64,000 bases of DNA from contig CDRNVI010000026.1 of the NCBI GenBank assembly GCA_977017575.1, forward strand, positions 434,001-498,000. Reading direction: 5' to 3'. This DNA is from Paramoeba atlantica. Its lineage: Eukaryota; Protista; Discosea. A model generated the notes under the pieces. That model worked only from the letters and a program-made list of their open reading frames with translations, did not search any database and was not told the DNA's origin. This document shows, in pieces, positions 23,125 to 34,538 of the stretch (the first letter of the stretch is position 1; each line of letters begins with the position of its first letter). A program made the translations under genes and the position numbers.

Positions 23125-23766
23125 TTGCTTCTCCCTCTCTCTCTCCCTCTCTGTTTCTTTCTCCCTCTCTTTCTTTCTCCTTTCTTTCTTTCTCCTTCTT
23201 TCTTTCTTTCTCCTTCTTTCTTTCTTTCTCCTTCTTTCTTTCTTTCTCCTTCTTTCTTTCTCCTTCTTTCTATCATTCTTCCAGTCATTCGTTTCTTATT
23301 CTTTCTTTTCTTCGCTCTTGCATTCATCCATTCATTCTCTCCATTGCTTTCTCGCTTTCCGTCACATTCTTTCTTTTCCTCGCTTCTTTCTCTTTCGTTC
23401 TTTCTCACTGTCTCCATCTTTTGCTATCTATCCCCCCCCCCTTTCTTTCTTTCTTTCTCTCTTACTTTCATTCATTCATTTCTTCATTTTTTCTTTCCTT
23501 CGCTCTTTCTTTATTCTTTGTTTACTTCGTTCATTCATTCCTTCATTCCTTCCTTTATTCTTTCTCTCACTTGCTTTCTTGCTTTCCGTGTCTTTCTTTC
23601 TTTCCTTCCATTCTTTCAATGCGTAAACTTAAAGTTTGCGTCGTATATCGGTTCTCCGCTCAATGGGTCCACCTATCTTCCTCACACTTCGCTTCAGTGA
23701 TACTAGGTATCAACGAAGCGACGCCGGGCTTGGAACCGGTATCTAGCGTGTTTAGGTAGGTGGTGA
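22992..23766. mobile_element. MITE-like element, ~40-bp TIRs, TA TSD, internal (CT)n/polypyrimidine tract
   Basis: TCACCACCTAC...CTAGATACTGGTTCCAGGCC vs the reverse complement of 23727-23766; TA on both flanks (22990-22991, 23767-23768). Confidence 0.7.
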
Positions 23767-24488
23767 TAAGTAATATTACCGTAGACCTCCCCCACGTAAT
23801 AGAGGTTTGGCCTTTATTGGGCTGACGTCCAGTAATAGAGGTTTGGCTCGGGAGACCCACAGGACACACTCTTTTTGCTGAACCCAGCACAGCTTTGTAA
23901 ACCGCTTCTTCCGTTTCGACCGCCGAGGGACTCGATATTCTTTCCATAAGAGCCTCGTCTCTCTACATTTGACACATTTTATAGTGTTCGAATAAATGAT
24001 GATATTTGTGATGATTAAGGAAATCAGAAATCACATGTAGCATGTACATGTGTAATTAGAACATTCGCAACTTATTGATACACCATCATTCATACCATAC
24101 AGTGCTCGTAATTTTTTGTGAAATAAAAATACTGTAAAATAAAAATTTCTAAATGTTAATTCGTGAACAAATCTCGAAGTGATGTTCCGGCCTGTTTTTA
24201 TTTGGTTGTTTTATTTTATTTTGGTTGTTCAATGAAAACGACCACCGCGTTTAACGAAGAATTGTATACGTAAGGAAATATACACGTGATTGTATGATCA
24301 CCTAAAGATAATATTCTAATGAAGATATTCAATGACTGCTAAAAAAGAAGAAAAAGTAACGCGACCTCCTGATTCTGGGTGGTTTTCCGAATAACTTGCT
24401 CTGTCAAACACGCTTCTGACATTTGTTCTTTGGTTCGAAGTTTCTTCCTTAGTTTCCTTCTCTATTTCAGCATGAGGGTGTAGATGAC

Positions 24489-25080
24489 TACGGTCAAAGT
24501 ACAGGAATATTGCATAAGTATAGGAATATTGCATAACTCTATTTTTGACCCCCCACCCCTTAATATGAGTTTCTTGATTTCGGTAGACAATTATAACCGT
24601 TGTATAGATCTGCGATTACACTGTCGGGAAACCACCTATTTTTTGTAATTTGAAACAAATTTTTACAAAGTCAAGGGTGGTATATTTCTCGAAAATATAC
24701 GATTTATTTTATTTGTTACGTGTCTCACAGACTTGTATCCCCGGGAAAATGGAATACCGAACATATGGACGCTATAACGTACCCTAATCTGTCACTTTGA
24801 ACTACTTTTACTTCAAATGAAGACTTCACATATAAGGGGTGACCCTTCTAAAATGCTCTAAAATGGCCACTTTTCGTGGATTTTGCTTAAAAAAGCCCAT
24901 TTTCACCTGTTTTTGGCTACTTTGGCGGGGTCACCGCCTATATGCAACTTTTCCATTTTTAGAAAATGTGATGTGCGTATATACTTGGAGTCTCATCTAC
25001 AAGGAAAAGGATTTGTAAGATCCAATACAGGTGGGATCTTGCCAGAAGAAATTTTTCAAAAGTTAAAAAAAAATTAGAGG
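24489..25080. repeat. Dispersed non-coding element starting with 19-bp AGGAATATTGCATAAGTAT motifs; body also at 34152-34470, 46188-46506 and 60245-60690
   Basis: The block TAAGGGGTGACCCTTCTAAAATG...AAAAAATTAGAGGGG recurs four times; 24655-24830 also matches 60245-60420. Confidence 0.8.
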
Positions 25081-25084
25081 GGGC

Positions 25085-25378
25085 CGCCCGCACATTTATA
25101 ATGCATACTAAGCGGCACATTTATAATGCATACTAAGCGGCACATTTATAATGCATATAGCACATTCACATGCATATAGCACATTCAGATGCATAACAGC
25201 ACATTCACATGCATATAGCACATTCAAATGCATATTTACTGCACATTGATAATGCATACTAAGCGGCACATTCACATGCATAACAGCACATTCACATGCA
25301 TAACAGCACATTCAGATGCATATAGCACATTCACATGCATATAGCACATTCACATGCATATAGCACATTCACATGCAT
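25085..25378. repeat. Minisatellite of 19-25-bp units (GCACATTCACATGCATATA / GCGGCACATTTATAATGCATACTAA)
   Basis: Direct inspection; lies immediately upstream of the IS30-like ORF. Confidence 0.9.
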
Positions 25379-25411
25379 AATTCTACGTTTTTCTCTCAGC
25401 TTTCTGTTTCA

Positions 25412-25936
25412 ATGGCACAATCAAAAAAGCGTATGGATCATGAAGATCGCACTAAAATAGAGGTGCTATACAACCAGAAAGGTTTCTCGCAGGAGGAAAT
25501 AGCCGCAAAGTTGTCTGTAAATCAGTCAACGCTGAGCCGCGAGCTCACGAGAGGTATGCGTAACGGGGAGTATAATGCGAAGCGCGCGCAACGAGCGGCA
25601 AACACATCCATTTCCTCGCGGAAACACAAGCATCAGAAAATACAAGGTGATGTGCAAGAGAAGGTGATTGCTTTGCTGGGGAAGAGATTTAGCCCACAGC
25701 AAATCGCTACAACTCTCTTTAAGGAAGATGGGGTAAAGATTTCTCGTGTAGCCGTTTATGGATTCATCAAACGGGAAGACAGAGCAGGGAATTTAGTTCA
25801 GTTCCTGCGCCGGGGGGGAGGTCGCGGTAGAAGGCGACGGGGTACAAATCGCCTGAAAATACCGAATCGAACTGACATAAGCGAGCGCACAGGTTTCGAC
25901 AATACTCGCTCCAGATATGGAGATTGGGAGTGTGAC
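25412..25936 (+). mobile_element. IS30-family transposase, N-terminal part (HTH + first catalytic Asp)
   Basis: GFSQEEIAAKLSVNQSTLSRELTR, SPQQIA, ISRVAVYGFI, ISER...RYGDWECD; continues in frame at 30019 once the 25937-30018 insertion is removed. Confidence 0.9.
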
Positions 25937-28900
25937 GGCACTTCCGCCGGCAGAAGAGGTTACAGTTCAAGTGTATTGATTTATGTATTGAGTTCGGTGG
26001 GGTGTAGCAAAAATCCATTATTTCATAGATGGAAGGTCATGAAAGTGAAGGATGAAGATAGGTGGAAGGTCAGTAGGAATATGTGGTTCACCGACGGGAA
26101 TGGGTGTAAGCATAAAAACGCGAGAGGAGTGTTCTGGGGGGAAAGGTGGAGAAGAAATCTCAACCGGTATGCTCTTTAGCCGAGAAGTGCAACATAAAGT
26201 TGGAATTGCAACAGAAAGGTGAACGACAACGACGTGCTACTAATAATTTTTGAAGACATTCATGATTTTTGCGATTGCACTTAAAGGAAGGACATGTTAT
26301 ATTAAGTTTTTTAGTAAGTGCCAACTTTACTGAGTAGTGACTAACTTTACGTTTTTTATGCATAAAACTGAAAATGGGGTATACGTCAAAGAGAGGAAAT
26401 TCAACCCTTTGACTTAACGTCAAAAACCGAAAAAGAGGGAAAAGTCAGGGGGGGGGGGAGATCAGTCAGGGAGGAAGTGTAGCGTTGATGAAGGTGCAGA
26501 GTCGTGCGTATTTTTTAACCTTTGAAGACAAAATTAGGAACCTAATCTTTAATTTATCCTTTACGTATTCCTTTAACTACTGTTTTTACGAAATGTTTCT
26601 TAAAAAGCGAATTCTCCTTTGCCTCAACGGATTACAGAGGAACATTTTCCGCATTCTCAAAGCCGTCTACTTCTATTCGCGAATCTCTATTCGGACATTT
26701 ACGTCCTCTCTTTTTTCTAGCATCCTCTTTTGCGCGAAGCTCGCCCATTATCTCATCATGCGACTTCACGTCCTCCACGCATTCCTTGTAGCAAAGTCTG
26801 TTCTGATACGCAACCCGTAACTGATTAAAATCTCGAGGAAATCTATACTGGTCCTCATTTTCTTTGACCACGGAGCTGAATCTTGATAAAACTTTCGGCC
26901 AAGGTATGTGCCTCGAAGATTTGTCGCGCACTTCATCGATGACACATTGCAGGAGCAAGCGCACTTCAAGGAGATTGAATTTCACGATCACGTTTCTTTG
27001 GCGAGGATCAATTCTTGGAGCATGTAAATGTGTTGCCAGGTGACATGCGTTGCTATTTCCTGTCGCGGTAAAATGTTGTACAGGTAAGTCATCAACCATT
27101 ATGATCTCGTGCGCCCCCAAACCTACATCAAAATCTGTATCAAAAGTTTTAAATATTCTTGCACCAGGGATATCAAGTACGCAAACACCGCATATTCTGT
27201 GCCTCTGCGGAGTTGGTGATACGGAATCGAAAGGAACTACTAGATATGGTACGTGTGAAAGCTCGTGCAGAACGAGTACAGTGCTTGAAATGACATTGGC
27301 AAGAGAGCGAACTAGGGGAAGAAATAATTGCCAGTGCGAGACCTTGGTTATAACTTCCTCGACGTCATTCTCGGGCTTGCTCAAGTGTTCAAGAACTCGT
27401 TCGAACGTCGTATCTTTGTCCACCCGCGATGTATCGCACCGCAGAATACAGGGATCTCCCGCACACAAGTATTCAAGTGTGCTCATCATTGACGCTGCGG
27501 TGCACTCTCCACCTAGGAAACGCACCTTTTCCTCGTGCTTAGTTGGTGTAGCAGAAAGTGCGAAGTTAAATTCCACATCGTCTTTGCCAAGAAATACGGG
27601 CTCGCAACCAAACTTATTTTGCGCCCAGCTGCGAACATTACTCAGCTGATTGTCAGACAAGGAATGCGGGATAAGTGCATATCCATCCCCAGATTCAACA
27701 GGGTGAACATATTGTGTGAAGAACAGTTCATGAGTCGTTAGTTGTTTCGCCACAGGGAGAAGTCCAAATGGACTATTACATAATCTTGCATCGTCCGCCC
27801 CCAGGAAGAGAGAAGAGAAGGTTTCTTTCAAGGTTCGAAACAACAGAGCGTCGAAACACATCATATCCGGCGCTGATTTGAATCTCACAGCACATTTCAC
27901 ATTACTTCGATAAATAAAGCTCCTTGTCAGCGCGTCTACAGTTTCTGCTGAGCTACGCGCGCGAAGCTTCACTTTAGCTTTCAAACGAGAATAAAAACTT
28001 TCACAAATGTTGGTTCCTCGGCTGGAACGATACACCATATTCTTATCCACGCGCGTCAAATTCACATCTGTAGGGTCACTGAGGCAGTCCCGCTCGATGT
28101 GGGCTATTGCGTACGGCCAGAGAGAAGCTAACTTGGGGTTCCATGTAAAGATGTCCGAATATTTTTCCTTCAGGAGTTCCATTTTAGAAAGCAATTTTGC
28201 CGGACGTGGAATAACTTTCTCATGCGCATCAAGATGTTCCTTTTTTGACAAAGCGATAGTAAGAGGCTCTACTACAGATCGGCAAAGCTCGGTGTAAAAC
28301 ATTTTCTGCCGATTTGATGCTGAAGTGCGTGGGATAACAGCTGCGAAACGGTGCAGCCAATGCCATAAATCGCATTTAATATGTGCAGATGGAAAGTGGC
28401 GTTGTATTTTAGAACGCACTGTGCAACAGTTGTCAACATATATAACCATTGCTTTGCTTCCTGGACGTGATGCTATGTTTGAAAGAACATTGTGCAAAGT
28501 GTCAAAACTTTCATTTCGAGTATATACGGCAGCCAAAATCTCACCAATTTCATTGTGAACAACAAAGTGAGAACGAAACGGTGCTTCCCCACGCAGTCGA
28601 ATGCACTTTGCGGTCTCGAAAGTATGATCCGTTGCAAGCACTGTACCAGTCAGCTCGGACATATAGTTGTCACACTCCACCTGGCGCTGCTGGAGTAATG
28701 AAATCAAAACATCCTGAAAATGATCCACTGATGGAGTCATCCATTCTTGTGAAATTCGATTTGAAATCGCTTCCACGCAATTAGGATCCCAGCGAAATTC
28801 AAATTTTTCCGTGTGCTTTAATTCAAAAATGTGTCTTTCATCGCGCTTATTACTCAGATACTGCAACGTCCGCTGATGGTAATCGACGGCATACACTTCT

Positions 28901-30010
28901 TGCAGAATACCTTGAAATTCACTCATATTAGAACCACTAGATCCTATTGCCATAATGGCCGTTGAAAGTCGTCTAGTCATCCCCAATTTTTCAGTTTTAA
29001 TATTAGGAAAGGAATTTCGTGCCTTGTGGGACAGGCTGGAAATTAAGCTCTTTTCATCACTTGATATTACCTTACGACACTCAGTGCTACGACATTGATA
29101 CACTTCACAAAGATAGTACATTGGTGTCGAAAGATCAAAAATCCGACGCACAGGAGAAAGCTTCATGAAAGTCAACCGCTCTTTGCAATGAAGACAGTGT
29201 AGGCTTTCTTTTTCGCCTTGGCGCATGGGCGCCCATATGATCCATGGCAAGGTAAAAAGCGTTTCCAATGAACTCCTAGGCTCCGGAGAAAAGAACCAAA
29301 GGGAAGTACATGTAGTTTTTGTTTTTAATTCTTCGTATGCCCTTCGAATTGCCGTGACTTGATGTGAAGACATTCCTGTTTCGAGCAAATGCGTCCAGTA
29401 TTTTGTCACTTCTGTTCGTTCGTGTGTGGTTTCTTCTGGGCGAGAAGCGAACCGACAAAGCTCCGAATTTTCGGCTACTACACGCGAAAGGGTGGTTGAA
29501 AGTTCGTTGTTCCTTTTTTCCATTTCCTCAATTTGTGTTTCTAGCTTTTTGATGCTTCCCGTAAGTTGCTTCTTTTCCTTGGCCATTGTTTGGATGACGT
29601 TCAGTAGGTCCGTTTCACAAGACATGACTTAAATAATCAGAAATCTAGAAATGATTTTTAGAGTACCAGGAAGGTTCAATAGTTTTGTTTGTAAAGTGAT
29701 CATCTTGAACAGTCAGGGTACAATAGCTGAGGCTTTAAACTCTCAAATATGTACTAGAAATCGTTTCTGGGAAAACAATTTTGACGAAATTAAAAAATTA
29801 TTGGACTACAAAAAAATTAGGTATGAAGTTCAGACTCAATAGTACACAACTTTCATAGGAACTATTAAGTTCAGACTCAATAATAGAAACACACTTCAGT
29901 TACTATTGAGTTTACTATTGAGTTTTAGCAATCCAGATGCGTGCAACTCAATAGAGAACTCACTAGTGACTCTTCAACCCAATAGTTGCTGTCACTATGG
30001 CGGAACTAAC
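25937..30010 (-). mobile_element. Mutator-like DNA transposon, 4074 bp, 8-bp TSD AGTGTGAC, short imperfect TIRs
   Basis: AGTGTGAC at 25929-25936 and 30011-30018; termini GGCACTTCCGCC and (rc) GTTAGTTCCGCC. Confidence 0.85.
26632..29625 (-). CDS. 997-aa DDE transposase (MULE-like, D-x2-H type)
   Basis: LATDHTF (D), IYVDNCC (D), CDLWH (C/DxxH), GTNICESFYSRLK (E); N-terminal coiled coil and Cys cluster; uninterrupted ORF. Confidence 0.8.
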   Translation of the reverse strand: MSCETDLLNVIQTMAKEKKQLTGSIKKLETQIEEMEKRNNELSTTLSRVVAENSELCRFASRPEETTHERTEVTKYWTHLLETGMSSHQVTAIRRAYEELKTKTTCTSLWFFSPEPRSSLETLFTLPWIIWAPMRQGEKESLHCLHCKERLTFMKLSPVRRIFDLSTPMYYLCEVYQCRSTECRKVISSDEKSLISSLSHKARNSFPNIKTEKLGMTRRLSTAIMAIGSSGSNMSEFQGILQEVYAVDYHQRTLQYLSNKRDERHIFELKHTEKFEFRWDPNCVEAISNRISQEWMTPSVDHFQDVLISLLQQRQVECDNYMSELTGTVLATDHTFETAKCIRLRGEAPFRSHFVVHNEIGEILAAVYTRNESFDTLHNVLSNIASRPGSKAMVIYVDNCCTVRSKIQRHFPSAHIKCDLWHWLHRFAAVIPRTSASNRQKMFYTELCRSVVEPLTIALSKKEHLDAHEKVIPRPAKLLSKMELLKEKYSDIFTWNPKLASLWPYAIAHIERDCLSDPTDVNLTRVDKNMVYRSSRGTNICESFYSRLKAKVKLRARSSAETVDALTRSFIYRSNVKCAVRFKSAPDMMCFDALLFRTLKETFSSLFLGADDARLCNSPFGLLPVAKQLTTHELFFTQYVHPVESGDGYALIPHSLSDNQLSNVRSWAQNKFGCEPVFLGKDDVEFNFALSATPTKHEEKVRFLGGECTAASMMSTLEYLCAGDPCILRCDTSRVDKDTTFERVLEHLSKPENDVEEVITKVSHWQLFLPLVRSLANVISSTVLVLHELSHVPYLVVPFDSVSPTPQRHRICGVCVLDIPGARIFKTFDTDFDVGLGAHEIIMVDDLPVQHFTATGNSNACHLATHLHAPRIDPRQRNVIVKFNLLEVRLLLQCVIDEVRDKSSRHIPWPKVLSRFSSVVKENEDQYRFPRDFNQLRVAYQNRLCYKECVEDVKSHDEIMGELRAKEDARKKRGRKCPNRDSRIEVDGFENAENVPL

Positions 30011-30018
30011 AGTGTGAC

Positions 30019-30474
30019 TTGATTGAAGGCGCGCAACATAGTGGCTATTTTCTCAGTTTAGTGGAGAGAAAAAGCCGCTACGGAGTTCTTCGGAAGTTGG
30101 AGAACAAGAAATCAGAAATTGTGGCCGAGGAGGTCACTCGTGCTCTGCAGGGGTTCCAAGTTTTCACTATCACGTACGACAATGGAACCGAGTTCGCGAA
30201 ACACGAACTAGTGAACGCTTCGTTGGGCTGTCAATCATTCTTTTGTCAGCCCTACGCAAGTTGGGAGAAAGGGGGCGTTGAAAATTACAATGGTCTTGTT
30301 CGTGATTTCTACCCTAAGCGAACATCGTTCACCCACATCACGCAAGCTGCGCTTGATACGACATCTGCAGCCATCAACGAACGACCAAAAGATGTCCTGG
30401 AGAACAATTCGCCTATTGAATTGATCGAAAATATCAAGGTTATCTCCCCTCCTATGCTTCGTCCAGGCTTTTGA
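30019..30474 (+). mobile_element. IS30-family transposase, C-terminal part
   Basis: LSLVERKSRY, TITYDNGTEFA, FFCQPYASWEKGGVENYNGLVRDFYPK, INERPK..L...SP; D-to-E spacing is 33, the IS30 signature. Confidence 0.92.
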
Positions 30475-31341
30475 TGGACAGCTCACAGGATTCGCAGTAG
30501 TACGCTCGGATAGAATTCAAAGGATTTGCTCAAAAGATATTGCGTGAATATGGTAGCGCGCTTCAACCCTCATGAGTTCCAATTTTGCAAGGATGTCAAA
30601 CAAATTTGTTTCGAGGGGACATTCATATAGCAGGTCTGTTATAAACGCAAGCTGCTCTTTACAAAAAAAATTCCGATCAGGAGCCCAATGTAACATCCCA
30701 ATGAATCGCAGGATTGGATATAATGTACGATTGAGGAACTTGGGAGTGTATCATCAGACAAAGTGCGATGAAGAGATGGGACCGAGGTTTTCGTACATTC
30801 GTACTTGTCGCCTCCGTCTCAACGCGTGTCAAGACTTTTTTGATCTATACTCACCGTTTAAACCGCCGAATACCCCCCGAATGCCTTCTGCAGTGCACTG
30901 ATTTGGAAGAATATTCTATTCTCAGGTGTGTTACTGTGATGGGTTGTTGTTGCGATTGTTTGTAGTTGTCGGGATATGGCAACATGGCCGATGCTTGTAG
31001 TAGAAGCATTGCTATGTAAATTCTACAACTTTGATAGAGAGACTTTGATAGAGAGAGAAGTTGGAGCATGAAAATTGTTTCCGGCATGCTTATTATACTT
31101 TGATGCCGATTGCTTTTTTTGCCCTCCTTTTTTACCAAGGAGTTTTTAGCGTCGCTTTGTCAAAACGGTCAGCATTAGGATGGGGAGGAAATGGGGGATT
31201 ACTTTAGGAGTATGGCGTGTGCTGGCGAATTCATTCGTGAAATCTTTTCCTGATAGTGATAGATTATCCTGATAATGACAATGATAGATTATCTGTATGC
31301 ATCGTAGTAAATACACATCATTCACGAATTCATATCAAATA

Positions 31342-34150
31342 CAGTGGTTTCAGTTAATCTTGCCCCCCCCCGCTCGGAATTTTGATTTTTTTAATCCATT
31401 TTTGCTCATCTTTGCAGCATTGGACAGATCTCGTTCCCCTAGCGAAGAGCTTTGCCGCCTTTTTTTCATAGAGACCCCCTGGTGCCCCTTGGGTGACCCG
31501 AAAGTTGACCAAAATAATAAAAAATGATATTTTTTTACCATATCAAAAATGGAACGAAAAACGGATTTTATGTCCAAAAGTTAACTCTAAAGGAAAAGAA
31601 CTAGTATCCGGAATGGCCTCCATTGTTTTGCAACACCTTTTGAAGTCTATTAGGGACTGAATCAATTGTGTTGCACACTTTACGTTTTTCTTGAGGACGT
31701 TTTAGAATCTGAAAAGCTTTTTTAATGGCATCGGCGAGGGTAGCATGATTGTGGGGCTTAATTTTTTTCTTTATGATACCGTTCATTTGTTTCCAAACAT
31801 TTTCTTTTGGATTTAAATCAGGCGAATTCGCTGGCCAAGACAATTGTTTAATACGATATTTAATCAATTCACCTTTTGCCAAGTTATGGGTGGTAGCATT
31901 ATCCATTTGCACAGTCACATTGTCAACGTGGTCTTTGAGATAATGTAAAAACCCATTAGGCTTCTGAAAGGAGTCAAGGATCACTCCCCCAGTGACCTTG
32001 TGCGCGTTTTCATAAGTTGTATTGTCATTGGGTTCAAGCACGTGCAAGAAAAATCCGTGTTCTACACTAATACCCATCCAAGCCATTACCCCCTTCCCCC
32101 CATACCACCTACGGTTTCTGCAGCGAGGTTTTCTTTGGCACCCTTGAGGTCCAATGAAAAACTGAGACCCATGAACCCCACAGGTAAACAACTTTTCATC
32201 GGTCCAAATGATTTTGTTTAAATCTTCTTTAGGCCATGTAAGCAATTCGTTTGCTAATCTCAAACGCTGCGACTTGTGTTCCTCAGGTAGGTCACAGTTC
32301 GGCGACTTAGCCCATCTACCGTAATCAATATTTTTTAAAATAGTTCTTATTTTGTTTCAGGGTTCGCAGAAACTATAAAACTATCAATATAGTACTATAT
32401 AGTTACTATAAACTTTTTTCGAAAACTATAAAAAACTATATTTTTTTGTTTCACATTTTAGGCACTCCGAAGCTCACCAACACGCCATAAATACACGGCG
32501 AATTCATTTGTGTACGATTTTTCTTATTTTTAAACCCGAAAATTGATGCCCGAAATAAAAGTTACGAGGGGTAGTTTCTGCAAAGATTATTTTATTGAAC
32601 TGCTGCACACGGAGGAAAGTAAACAAGCGGTTGAATGTAACTAGTGTCAGGAGGGGACGTACCCCAGTCCCATCGTGTGGCCTTGACAGATTGCCTTGTG
32701 CGAATCTTGCGTCCCGAACATCTTCTCACTGCATCGCTGTCGCCGCGCGTTGGCTGGAGCCACCGACGTTATGTCTTGGGACTGAATAACTGCTGCTCAC
32801 AATTCTATGAGTTTGAATAAATACAATCATATGAGTCTGAATAAATTACGCGGTGTGTTGTCGAGTGGAGAGTTTGCACTTCCTTTCACTCCTTTCGCGT
32901 GCGTTTCATTGCTATTTCCGAGGAGATGACACACTAGTTGATGATATTTTTCGGTGGTGATGGAATCGCGGGGAAGAGGAAGGATGTTTCGATAGCTATG
33001 TAACCCAGGATAAAGTGGACGAGGGAGGTTCTAAAAGCACCTTTAAACCACCACAAAAATGGAATGATATCTCCCGGTTTGTAAAGGATTCCGACGTGCC
33101 AAAAGAATCTTTAAGGGACAAACCCTTCCATTTTTATGGTGGTTTGCCAAAGGTGCTTTTAGTATCTCCCTTGTCCACTTTAGCTTGGGTTACATTTTTT
33201 TCAGAATTTTTTGTCATATCATACGTATGTAAGCGTGTAAGAACGCATGTAGAGGCGTGTGTATGTCCATCACAAGCGGAGAGGACTCAAAAAATATCAC
33301 TTGTAAAGTGAAAAAAACTTTATAGTTTTCTTATAGTTTTATAGTAAAATATAGTAAATATAGTACTATATAGTAACTATATTCAATGAAAAAAACTATA
33401 TTTTACTATATTATAGTTTCTGCGAACCCTGTTTTGTTTAACGAACATTTATACCCCATATTCAGCGCTTGCTCGTGTATCCAAGTATAAGTTAAGCAAC
33501 CATCGTACGTTTCGTTTTCATCATCCACAATTTTTTTTACAAGGTCCTTAAACCGCCTTGATGATTTTTTTCCTGGGGATTTTTGGGGTGTAAGATCTTC
33601 TCCTTCCTTCCACAGGTTAACAATTCTTCTTATGGTGCGACGGTCACGTCCGAAATTATTAGATAATTTATGTATATGTTGCTTTATTATTTCTTTTCTC
33701 TCGCAAAGAGGTAATGCCACGGTTCCTTTGTGGGATATTGGGGGATTGTCTTCTCTTTTGTCATTCCATCCTTGTACGTACTCCCCCTGTTTGGGGTTAG
33801 AGGGTCTGGTCTGCATAATGTAGAGGTGTTGACTATATTAAATTAGGCGATAGGGATGGTACTAGACATAGAGCTTTCAAATTATCAATTTAGAACACTA
33901 TTACTCGTACTTACATGTTCAAAATGTACAAAAAATCGGGAAAATGTGACAAAAAATGGTTGTGTACACAGAAAACGTCCAAAAAAACAGTGTTTTTCGG
34001 ACCCAGGGGGCACCAGAGGGTCTCTATGAAAAAAAGGCGGCAAAGCTCTTCGCTAGGGGAACGAGATCTGTCCAATGCTGCAAAGATGAGCAAAAATGGA
34101 TAAAAAGAATCAAAATTCCGAGGGGGGGGCAAGATCAACTGAAACCACTG
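31342..34150 (-). mobile_element. Tc1/mariner element, ~150-bp TIRs, TA TSD; transposase split by a MITE
   Basis: TIR CAGTGGTTTCAGTT(A/G)ATCTTGCCCCCCCC at both ends, flanked by TA. Joining 33816-33432 with 32349-31601 gives a 377-aa ORF (..YKCSLNK|IRTILKNIDYGRWAKSP..WTDE..MDNA..SPDLNPKENVW), D-to-E spacing 32. Confidence 0.9.
32358..33431. mobile_element. Non-autonomous hAT-type element (1074 bp), 21-bp TIR, 8-bp TSD TTTTGTTT
   Basis: CAGGGTTCGCAGAAACTATAA at both ends; TTTTGTTT at 32350-32357 and 33432-33439; subterminal ACTATA repeats. Confidence 0.88.
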
Positions 34151-34538
34151 TATAAGGGGTGACCCTTCTAAAATGCCCTAAAATGGCCACTTTTCGTGGA
34201 TTTTGCTTAAAAAAGCCCATTTTCACCTGTTTTTGGCTACTTTGGCGGGGTCACCCCCTATATGCAACTCCATATGCTACTCCCTCTATATGCAATTCCA
34301 TTTTTATAAAATGTGATGTGCGTATATACTTTGGAGTCTCATCTACAAGGAAAAGGATTTGTAAGATCCAATACAGGTGGGATCTTGCCAGGAGAAATTT
34401 TTCAAAAGTTAAAAAAAAATTAGAGGGGCTCTGCAATATTCCTATACTTATGCAATATTCCTATACTTCGGCACACCGAAGTTTTAGGCACCGATTTCAA
34501 CTTTTGCCAAAATTAGGTGCGGGGTGCTATGGGAACTC

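Noticed and set aside
23005-23700. Long Leu/Ser/Phe-rich and Glu/Arg-rich ORFs
   Set aside because: Translations of the (CT)n/pyrimidine tract.
25379-30517. AATTCTA / TAGAATT as IS30 terminal inverted repeats
   Set aside because: Only 7 bp, compatible with chance; the element ends remain undefined.
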